Source of the DNA: Planctomycetota bacterium
Lineage (GTDB): Bacteria; Planctomycetota; MHYJ01; WSZJ01
Assembly (NCBI GenBank): GCA_038060895.1
Contig: JBBTCT010000015.1
Coordinates: forward strand, 121,616 to 185,615
Length of the DNA stretch: 64,000 bases
Direction: 5' to 3'
In this document: positions 56,717-64,000 of the stretch, piece by piece
How the letters are laid out: the number at the start of each line of letters is the position of its first letter
Position numbering within the stretch: position 1 is the first letter of the stretch
The notes under the pieces: model-generated
What the model saw: the letters and a program-made list of their open reading frames with translations, nothing else
Told to the model about the DNA's origin: nothing
The model's database searches: none
Program-made: the position numbers and the translations under genes

Positions 56717-58237
56717 TCAGACTTGACCTTCGAACGGCGCCACCCCCGCCTTCGCGCAGGCATCCTTCATCGAGGCGGTCTTCCGGGACAGTTCGCCGGC
56801 GTCTTCGACCTGGCTAAGGAGGTCCGCGCCCCGGCGCCACAGACCGGAGGCGGCGCCGGGATGGCCGAGGGCGAGTTCGAGAAGCGCGACGTCGCAGAGG
56901 GCGGCGCCTTCGAGGCGGACGGCGCGCAGGTCGCGAAGGATACGGAGGGCCTGGTCGAATTGTCGGCGGGCTTCCTCCAGGCGGCCCTCCCGCGTGAGGA
57001 CGGCGGCGAGATTGGCGATTGCCAGCGCTTCGGAGCCCCGGTCGCGCACCTCGCGATGGATTTCAAGTGCCGCCTCGAAGAGCGGCCGCGCTTCCGCGTC
57101 GCGCCCCTGGTCGCTTCGGAGGAGTGCGAGATTCGCCAGGGCGATGCCCTCGAATCTCCGCTGGCCGAATTCGCGGTGAAGGACGAGCGCTTCCTCGAAC
57201 AGGCGATCCGCCTGCTCGAACCGAAGGGTCTGCTGCATGAGGATCGCGAAATGCCCGAGGGCGGGTCCGGCCGCGCGGCGATTGCCGGTTTCGCGGTGGA
57301 GGGCGAGGGTTTCGGCGAACAGCCGCTCGGCGAGATCCGTTTCGCCGGCGTCGCGCAGGAGTCCGGCGAGGTAGCCCATGACGGTTCCTTCGAGGCGGCG
57401 GTCGCCCGCGGACCGGAAGACGGCGAGGGCACGTTCGAAGCACGCGCGGGCTTCGGCGATGCGACCCGTTTCCTTGAGCAGGGTCCCGAAGTTCCCCGTT
57501 ACCTGCGCTTCCAGGTGCGACTCGCCGGTCGAGCGATGCAGATCCAGGGCCTGGGAGTAGGCCTGGTGCGCGAGGTCGGGGCGTCCCGTGCCCTTGTAGA
57601 GGTTGGCGAGGTTTCCGAGCGCGGTCGCCTCCGAGACCGGGTCGCGAGCTTCGCGGAACGTGTCCAGCGCCCTCAAGTACGTCCGCTCCGCGGTCGCGAC
57701 GTCGCCTTCCTGCATTTCCAGGTTCGCGAGGTTGACGAGCACCATGCCGTGCGTCCGCGCCGCCTCGGGGGCCTCCGCTGCCCGAAGGGCCTCGGTCAAC
57801 AATTTCCGCGACTCCGCGCCCTTTCCGGCGTCTCCCGCCGCGACGGCGGCGCGCCGGAGGGCGTCCGCCCGCTCTGCGCCGGAGCTCAGTTCGGCCTGCC
57901 GGCGCCACCACCGCTCCGCGTCCGCGCTTCGATTCTGGCGCGTCGCGATCCATCCCGCGCGACGGACATACCGCGCTTCCGTCGCCTCCGGCGCGGCCGC
58001 GAGCCGCGCGTGCGCCGCGAGCTCTTCCGCGAACGCATCCGTCGGATGCGGCTTAAGGACAAGGCGCCCGGGTTTCTCGACGGAAGCGTCGTCGGCCGGG
58101 GCGCCGCCGCAGAGATCCTCGATCGACGCCATTGCGAGGCCGTGCAGCCGCGCGCGGTCGCCGGGGAGCTGGAGCTGGTAGGCGGCGTCGCGGAGGAGGG
58201 CGTGGCGGAAGAGATACGCGGTCTGGGCGGAAGGCAC
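56717..58237 (-). CDS. TPR protein of the FRHALLRDAAY family (copy 7)
   Basis: [30 protein letters not shown]; TAGAAT 6 nt before GTG. Confidence 0.9.
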   Translation of the reverse strand: MPSAQTAYLFRHALLRDAAYQLQLPGDRARLHGLAMASIEDLCGGAPADDASVEKPGRLVLKPHPTDAFAEELAAHARLAAAPEATEARYVRRAGWIATRQNRSADAERWWRRQAELSSGAERADALRRAAVAAGDAGKGAESRKLLTEALRAAEAPEAARTHGMVLVNLANLEMQEGDVATAERTYLRALDTFREARDPVSEATALGNLANLYKGTGRPDLAHQAYSQALDLHRSTGESHLEAQVTGNFGTLLKETGRIAEARACFERALAVFRSAGDRRLEGTVMGYLAGLLRDAGETDLAERLFAETLALHRETGNRRAAGPALGHFAILMQQTLRFEQADRLFEEALVLHREFGQRRFEGIALANLALLRSDQGRDAEARPLFEAALEIHREVRDRGSEALAIANLAAVLTREGRLEEARRQFDQALRILRDLRAVRLEGAALCDVALLELALGHPGAASGLWRRGADLLSQVEDAGELSRKTASMKDACAKAGVAPFEGQV

Positions 58238-58325
58238 TCACCAATTCTATGCGCAGATCCCTCGTGCCGCCGGTCTCAGGGCTGTCGCCTTGTTTGCAAC
58301 TCCCGGTCTTCCTATCATCATCGCA

Positions 58326-58798
58326 ATGAGCCTGAATCGTGCCTCAGCGCTCCTTGTTCTCCTCGGCTTCGCCTTGGTGGACTTGTCATGCTCTGAACCC
58401 TCCGGGCCGGTGTTTCTACCAGAGCCCGAGCCGGCGCCCTTTCACGACTCTCCGCGCGACGACTTCGCCCGGGCCATGGGGCGGATCAAGGAGGGAATGC
58501 CGGCGGCGCCAATCTCGAAGTCATCTTCGAGCGCCAGAGTGAGAGCGAGGTCCGGCTGACGGCCTCGCGAAGCCAGGATGGAACCGAGGCTCTGCCGGTG
58601 ATGACGTTTGAGATTCTTGAGGGCGATGGCGTCTCTTCACCTCTCCTGTCATGGGATTTCAAGTCTTCCCCGATGGTCCGTGCCCGGACAATGACGTCCT
58701 CCAAAGGTGCATTGCTTCCGTTGCGAGAGGGCTCGCCAATCCGGATCAGGGTCAAGATCGGGGACCAGTCGACGACCAGCCTTCCGCTCAGGCCTTAG
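58326..58798 (+). pseudogene. Probable frameshifted or internally deleted lipoprotein gene
   Basis: TATCAT then ATG, lipoprotein-like signal (LVDLSC); reading frame appears to change near 58510 into the frame ending at 58798. Confidence 0.35.
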
Positions 58799-58879
58799 TC
58801 TTCGCGATGGCAGACATCCTGCGCGGAACCCCCGCGATGCCGGAGGGGCGAGTTGAGAGTCGGGTGGAGGGGGCCGACT

Positions 58880-60562
58880 TCATGGGGGCGATTCTGCGGG
58901 GGGGAACGGGCCTGGGTGCTCGGGCAGCGGCGCGACTCCAGCCTTGGCGCACGCTTCGCGCATCAAGACCCGCCTGACCTCCAGGTCGCCCGCGGCGGAG
59001 AGGCGCTTCAGGAGCGCCGTTCCCTGCCGCCAGAGCGCCTCGGCTTCGGGGTGTCGCGAGAGGCGGAGGAGGCACAGGGCGAGGTCGCACGAGCAGATGC
59101 CCTCGAACCGCCGATCGCCGACTTCCCGGAGGATGGCCATCGCCTGCTGGTACACGGGCTCGGCCTGTTCGGCGCGGCGGGTGTCCACGTAGATGCCGGC
59201 CAGGTTCGCGAGGACGATGCCCTCGAATCTCCGGTTGCCGGCTTCCCGGTGGATGGCCAGCGCCTGCTCCCAGGTGCGTTCGGCCTGTTCGACGCGACCC
59301 GTCTCCCGGTAGACGAGACCCAGGTTGCCCAGCGCGATGCCCTCGCTTCGGCGATTGCGGACTTCCCGGTGGATGGCCAGCGCCTGCCCGTACGTCCGCT
59401 CGGCCCGTTCGGAGCGGCCGGTCGCGTGGTAGATGAGGGCCAGGTTCTCCAGGGCGATGCCTTCGCTCCGGCAGTCGCCGACCTCCCGGTGGATGGCCAG
59501 CGCCTGCTCGCAGATGCGTTCGGCCTGTTCGAGTCGGCCGGTCTCCTGGCAGAGGAGGGCCAGGTTGGCGAGAGTGACCCCTTCGAACCTGCGGTTGCAG
59601 ACCTCCCGGTGTATGGCCAGCGCCTTTTCGAATGCGGTCTCGGCGAGTTCTGCGCGGCCGGTCTCCCTGTAGAGGAGAGCGAGGTTCCCCAGAGCCCCGC
59701 CTTCGAGACGGCGGTTGCCGACTTCCCGGTGAATGGCCAGGGCCTGCCGGTACATTCGCTCGGCCTGCCCGGTGCGGCCGGTCTCCCGGTAGACGTTTGC
59801 CAGATTTCCCAGAGTGGTGCCTTCGAGCCTGCGGTTGCCGGCCTTCCGGTGGATGGCCAGCGCCTCCTTGTACGCGCGCTCGGCCTGTTCGGCGCGGCCG
59901 GACTCATGGAAGACGATGGCCAGGTTCCCCAGGGCGGCGCCCTCGCCCCGGAGGTTGCCGCCCTCACGGTGGATGGCCAGCGCCCGCGCGTACGCGCGCT
60001 CGGCCCGTTCGTCGCGGCCGGTCTCGTGGTAGACGATCGCCAGGTTCCCCAGCGTGGCGCCCATATTTCGGAGGTCGGCGACTTCCGAGAACAAGTCGAG
60101 CGCTCTCTCATAGTGCGCCTCAGCTTCCTGCGGCCGACCTCCTTTCCACGCCGCGACGCCGGCGCTGCGCAGCGCCGCCGCGCGGAGGGCTCCCTGGGAC
60201 AGACCGGCCAGTTCGAGCCAGCAACCCTTGGCTTCCGGCCGGAACTGGCGATCCGCGAGTTCGGCGGCGCGACGGAGATAGTGGGGAAGTGCATCCGTCG
60301 GGACTCCCGACCCCTCCGCGCCGGACGCCTGGCGGGCATGTCCGGCGAGCTCGAGCGCGAAGGCGTCCGTCGGGTGGGGCGCGAAGGCGGGGGGCTCGGC
60401 AGCGTCCGACGGCGGCGGCTCCGGCGGCCGGCCGCCGCAGTGCTCCTCGATCAGCGCGAACGCCAGCCCGTGCAGCCGAGCGCGGTCGCCGGGGAGCTGG
60501 AGCTGATAGGCCGCATCGCGCAGCAGGGCGTGTCGAAACAGGTAAACCGATTCGGCATTCAC
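58880..60562 (-). CDS. TPR protein of the FRHALLRDAAY family (copy 8), with highly homogeneous 120-nt repeats
   Basis: GTG-NAESVYLFRHALLRDAAY overlapping the upstream stop (GTGA); ATGGCCAG recurs every 120 nt from about 59253 to 59973. Confidence 0.9.
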   Translation of the reverse strand: MNAESVYLFRHALLRDAAYQLQLPGDRARLHGLAFALIEEHCGGRPPEPPPSDAAEPPAFAPHPTDAFALELAGHARQASGAEGSGVPTDALPHYLRRAAELADRQFRPEAKGCWLELAGLSQGALRAAALRSAGVAAWKGGRPQEAEAHYERALDLFSEVADLRNMGATLGNLAIVYHETGRDERAERAYARALAIHREGGNLRGEGAALGNLAIVFHESGRAEQAERAYKEALAIHRKAGNRRLEGTTLGNLANVYRETGRTGQAERMYRQALAIHREVGNRRLEGGALGNLALLYRETGRAELAETAFEKALAIHREVCNRRFEGVTLANLALLCQETGRLEQAERICEQALAIHREVGDCRSEGIALENLALIYHATGRSERAERTYGQALAIHREVRNRRSEGIALGNLGLVYRETGRVEQAERTWEQALAIHREAGNRRFEGIVLANLAGIYVDTRRAEQAEPVYQQAMAILREVGDRRFEGICSCDLALCLLRLSRHPEAEALWRQGTALLKRLSAAGDLEVRRVLMREACAKAGVAPLPEHPGPFPPAESPP

Positions 60563-61707
60563 TTCAGCCCTCTCAACGTCGCCGGCAGATCCAGGATCGA
60601 CACCGCCTCGGTTTTCTTTCCCATCGGCCACGACTTCGGGCCCGGGTAGACGACGAAGAGCCGTTCGAGCTTCAGGTCTTGGTGCGCGACGTGCATGGAC
60701 TTCGTCATCGAAGGCCCGTCGGTGAGTTTAATCTCGAATCCGAACCGCTTCCCGCCGCGAACGATCAGCAGGTCGAGCTCGGCGCCGGCGTGCGTGCGAT
60801 AGAACCAGCCTTCGCGCTCGCCGAGGAGGGAGAGGACCTGTTCGACGACGAAACCTTCCCATGAGGCGCCGTGGCGCGGGTGTGAAGCGACTTCCGTGGC
60901 GGTCCGGAGGAGAAGAAGCGCGTGGAGGAGGCCGGAATCGCGCACATAGATCTTTGGTGATTTCACGAGGCGCTTGCCGACGTTCTCGAACCAGGGTTGC
61001 AGCTGGCGGACGACGTAGGCGCCGGTAAGGAGGTCGAGGTAGCGCCGGGCGGAGCTTTCACTGGCGCCCAGCGAGCGGGCGAACTCGGCGGCGTTCCAGA
61101 CCTGGCCGTGGAAGTGGGCGATCATGGTCCAGAAGCGGCGGAGGGTGGCCGCGGGGATGGAAAACCCGAGCTGGGGGATGTCGCGCTCGAGAAAGGACCG
61201 GACGAAGTCCTCGCGCCACTCGAAACTGGCGGACTCCGACCGGGCAAGGAACGAGCGCGGAAAGCCGCCGCGGGTCCAGAGCGTGCGGAAGGCGGCGGGT
61301 CGCGTCTCCACGATGTCGAAGCCGGACATGTCCACGTAGGCGACGCGGCCTGCCAGCGTTTCGGACACTCCGCGCACCAGGTCGGGGGAAGCGCTTCCGA
61401 GAATGAGGAATCGTGCCGGCGTTCCCCTGCGGTCCGCGAGGACGCGGAGGTGCTGGAACAGGTCGGGGCGGCGCTGGATTTCGTCGATCACGACGAGGCC
61501 GCGGAGGGGTTCGAGGGCCAGGTCGGGAGGATCGAGGCGGCGGAGGTCGCGCTCGGACTCGAGGTCGAGGTACTGGCCGGCGGAGACTCCGGCCAACTCA
61601 TGGGCAAGGGTGGTTTTCCCGCACTGCCGGGGGCCGAGAAGAGCGACGACGGGGGAGCGGGCCAGCGCGGCGCGAACGGCGTTCCTGAGTCGGGGGCGTC
61701 GGATCAC
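60559..61707 (-). CDS. AAA_14 plus DUF4143 ATP-binding protein
   Basis: GPRQCGKTTL, IDEIQR.P.LF, LGSAS, ETLAGR, RGGFP, KRLVKSPKIY.RDSGL, E.DL...FEIK. Confidence 0.9.
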   Translation of the reverse strand: MIRRPRLRNAVRAALARSPVVALLGPRQCGKTTLAHELAGVSAGQYLDLESERDLRRLDPPDLALEPLRGLVVIDEIQRRPDLFQHLRVLADRRGTPARFLILGSASPDLVRGVSETLAGRVAYVDMSGFDIVETRPAAFRTLWTRGGFPRSFLARSESASFEWREDFVRSFLERDIPQLGFSIPAATLRRFWTMIAHFHGQVWNAAEFARSLGASESSARRYLDLLTGAYVVRQLQPWFENVGKRLVKSPKIYVRDSGLLHALLLLRTATEVASHPRHGASWEGFVVEQVLSLLGEREGWFYRTHAGAELDLLIVRGGKRFGFEIKLTDGPSMTKSMHVAHQDLKLERLFVVYPGPKSWPMGKKTEAVSILDLPATLRGLK

Positions 61708-61761
61708 GGGAGAAAAGTGTACATTGAAAATCAGCTATAAGGTAGAGGAATTTCAAGGATA

Positions 61762-61820
61762 AGCGGCGTCGAGCTGGAGCTCGTACTCGGCGTCGCGGAG
61801 GACGGCGTGGCGGAAGGGAA
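61762..61820 (-). pseudogene. Tiny 5'-motif remnant of the TPR family
   Basis: Reverse strand reads FPFRHAVLRDAEYELQLDA; abuts the direct repeat at 61822. Confidence 0.65.
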
Positions 61821-61821
61821 A

Positions 61822-61856
61822 TGGAACAGCGGTTACGGCAAAGGCTCACCACGGAG
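61822..61856 (+). repeat. 35-nt direct repeat, left copy (continues into caccacggaggcacagaggcacggag, family D)
   Basis: TGGAACAGCGGTTACGGCAAAGGCTCACCACGGAG; 34/35 identical to 63914-63948. Confidence 0.85.
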
Positions 61857-61932
61857 GCACAGAGGCACGGAGGCGCAGTCGATTCCGCCGTCTCTTGAAC
61901 CCGCGTCCGACGCTGCTCTACACTCGCCGTGC

Positions 61933-63903
61933 ATGCGACTCCCGCTTCGATCCGCCGCAAGAGTCCTCCTCCTGGCATTCCTCCTGGGCGCACCCCTTGC
62001 CCGGGCCGAGGAGCACCCCGCGACACTGGAAGAAGCGCGCGCGTTCGTGCCGCAGGTGGAGAAGGGGCACTGGTGGATCGTCGCGGAGCGCCGCGGCGGG
62101 GAAGAGTCCGCGGAGGCATTTCTTTTCTTCATGGTCGCCGACGTCACCCCCGCGCAGGCCTCGATTCTCGTCACCGCGACGTCCGGGTGGTCGCTGGTCC
62201 TGGTCGTCGAGCGCGAGTCGTGGAATGTGATGCAGGTCACCCCGGCGTGGACCACGTGGGACGCGGACGCAGGGAGCTTCAAGGTCTCCGCGGACAAGCT
62301 CTTCGCCGCCGCCGTCAAAAGGCCAGGGCTCGTCGAGTTCCGGGGATACCCGGCGCTCGACCTGCTCTGGCACGCATCGCCCCTTCCCGGGGCGGACACG
62401 CTCCTGAGCCTGTCGGAGTCCGCCGTGAAGGGGACGGAGACCGCGACGCGGCCGCTCACGGGGGAACTGAAAGTGGACGGGAGCGGACGGCTGCTCGTCG
62501 CCCGTCGGACGGAGGACGGGGCGGAGCTGCGACAGACGTGGGAAAAGGGCCTGCCCTTCCCCCGGACCGCGACGTGGACTCCCGCGGAGCGCGCCCCGGT
62601 CACGGCCTCCCTCGTCCGCTGCGGGCGCACCGCCTCACAGCTCTTCTCCTCGGGCGAAGGGAAATTCGGCCTCCACCTCATGAGCTGGCAGTCGCCCAAC
62701 CTTCCGTGCTATCGCATCGAGAACCGGCTCCTGCCGGCCGAGGACGGGATCCGCCGGGCCGCCGACGTCCTCGCCCCAGGATCGCGGCCGGAGGAGGTGA
62801 CGGTCGAAGCGGAGTCCTGGTGGCGGGCCGGCGACGTGGTGCACGTCCAGTGGGACCTGCACGCTCTGCCGGCGGCGCGCGACGTGCCGACGGCGCCGAA
62901 ACCCCAGGAGAAAATCCCGCGGGATGGCGAGTTCTACATGGAATGCGCCGGCACGTGGAGGGTCGGCAAGGAGGAGTACGTCTTCCTGTTCGGGTGGGGA
63001 AGGGACGCGGCCGAAAACGCGTGGGAGATTCCGCAGGCGTACCAGGCCGTCGACGCCGACGAGGCCCTGCTCCGGAAGATGACGCGCTCGGACCTGGGCG
63101 ATTTCTCGAACCCCGACTACTGGAACGGCGAGACGGGTCGATGGGATCGCCCCGCCATCCTGTCCGGGCTTCCCCCCCGCGCCTCGAAGCCGCCCGCTCG
63201 CCGGCCGACGCGCTGGCTCCTCGCACTGCGCCGGCACGACCTCACCGCCGCCGCGCTCTTCCGCTTCCGCCTCGGCCCGCAGAAGCAGCTCGAGGATTTC
63301 GCCGGGCTCGAAGCGCCTCTCCCCGCGGACCCCGTCGGGCTCCGGCGGCCGGAACCGCTTCTCCGTTCCCAGGACTGGCTGCTCACGCGCGCGGTGACGG
63401 GCGTGCGGACCGCGGCGTCGGGGAACGTGCTTTCGCTTCCCCAGGACGAGAAGGGCGTCCGGATCGAGCTGACGAAGGACGAGGCCTGCGTCTCGAAGCG
63501 GGTCAAGAACGAGCAGTTCTTCAAGGCGCTCTCCACGCTCATCGAGCAGCGCCGCGGCAAGAACGATGCGACGCTGGCGCTCACGCGCGAGGACGTGATC
63601 AAGCTGGAGAACGGCGAGGAGGAAGCGGACCTGACGGAGGAGCTGCGCCGCCTGGAGAAGAAGGTCCCGCGCCGCTCGCTTCACGTCTTCCGCGTCACGG
63701 AGGGGCCGGGCCGGCGGGTGTACCAGGGGTACGACTTCACCTTTCCGTGGTGGAGAGAGACGTTCGTGTTCGACGACACCGAGGGGTACGTCGCCCACCT
63801 GCGCATGGTCGGCCCGACGGACCGGAAGCCCGACCCGGGCCGTCCGGAGCGCGAGCGGCCGCTGTGGGTCGACCGGCCGACGCCAAAGACGAAGACACGG
63901 TGA
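61933..63903 (+). CDS. Exported hypothetical protein
   Basis: TACACT 8 nt before ATG; signal peptide ending ARA-EE; long GC3-biased ORF. Confidence 0.75.
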   Translation: MRLPLRSAARVLLLAFLLGAPLARAEEHPATLEEARAFVPQVEKGHWWIVAERRGGEESAEAFLFFMVADVTPAQASILVTATSGWSLVLVVERESWNVMQVTPAWTTWDADAGSFKVSADKLFAAAVKRPGLVEFRGYPALDLLWHASPLPGADTLLSLSESAVKGTETATRPLTGELKVDGSGRLLVARRTEDGAELRQTWEKGLPFPRTATWTPAERAPVTASLVRCGRTASQLFSSGEGKFGLHLMSWQSPNLPCYRIENRLLPAEDGIRRAADVLAPGSRPEEVTVEAESWWRAGDVVHVQWDLHALPAARDVPTAPKPQEKIPRDGEFYMECAGTWRVGKEEYVFLFGWGRDAAENAWEIPQAYQAVDADEALLRKMTRSDLGDFSNPDYWNGETGRWDRPAILSGLPPRASKPPARRPTRWLLALRRHDLTAAALFRFRLGPQKQLEDFAGLEAPLPADPVGLRRPEPLLRSQDWLLTRAVTGVRTAASGNVLSLPQDEKGVRIELTKDEACVSKRVKNEQFFKALSTLIEQRRGKNDATLALTREDVIKLENGEEEADLTEELRRLEKKVPRRSLHVFRVTEGPGRRVYQGYDFTFPWWRETFVFDDTEGYVAHLRMVGPTDRKPDPGRPERERPLWVDRPTPKTKTR

Positions 63904-63913
63904 GCGGGGGAAC

Positions 63914-63948
63914 TGGAACCGCGGTTACGGCAAAGGCTCACCACGGAG
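63914..63948 (+). repeat. 35-nt direct repeat, right copy
   Basis: TGGAACCGCGGTTACGGCAAAGGCTCACCACGGAG, starting 11 nt after the stop codon. Confidence 0.85.
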
Positions 63949-64000
63949 AGCGCGCGAAGAAATCGATCGCCAACGCGCAATCGGGCCTCGCAACCCGCCG

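Noticed and set aside
58557-58559. Another selenocysteine readthrough at this TGA
   Set aside because: The downstream ORF is in a different frame, the context is not a Cys motif, and no SECIS-like hairpin follows.
59070-60060. CRISPR array suggested by regular periodicity
   Set aside because: The 120-nt period is a coding TPR repeat in an open frame; there are no unique spacers and no cas genes.

Overview
High-GC bacterial window; the DUF1501/DUF1800 pair, Ser/Thr kinases and many exported hypotheticals suggest a Planctomycetota/PVC-like organism (inference). Ordinary genes include icd, a beta-carbonic anhydrase, an RlmN-like methyltransferase, a PA0069-like radical SAM protein and an amidohydrolase. 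Four things stand out. (1) One TPR protein family is expanded: 8 apparently intact copies plus about 8 5' or 3' remnants. Each intact copy starts at a near-invariant motif, [26 protein letters not shown], which resembles the segment linking a STAND/NLR-type ATPase to its TPR sensor, so they look like free-standing sensor halves. (2) In 42-54 kb, near-identical 3' ends of one such TPR gene recur as direct repeats between cargo genes (SUKH/SMI1-like proteins, toxin-antitoxin pairs), next to an IS91-like transposase remnant. (3) The ORF track splits one redoxin lipoprotein into three pieces; it has two in-frame UGA codons at conserved Cys positions, each followed by a GUC-loop hairpin, consistent with a double selenoprotein. 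(4) A low-GC three-gene islet ending in an MBL-fold hydrolase sits directly after icd, whose last codons look replaced. Also present: a Vps4/CdvC-like AAA ATPase, an adenylate cyclase-STAND-TPR protein, several REP-like palindrome families and pervasive leaderless promoters. No rRNA, tRNA, CRISPR array, intact integrase or reverse transcriptase was seen. Family assignments come from motif recognition by eye, not database searches.
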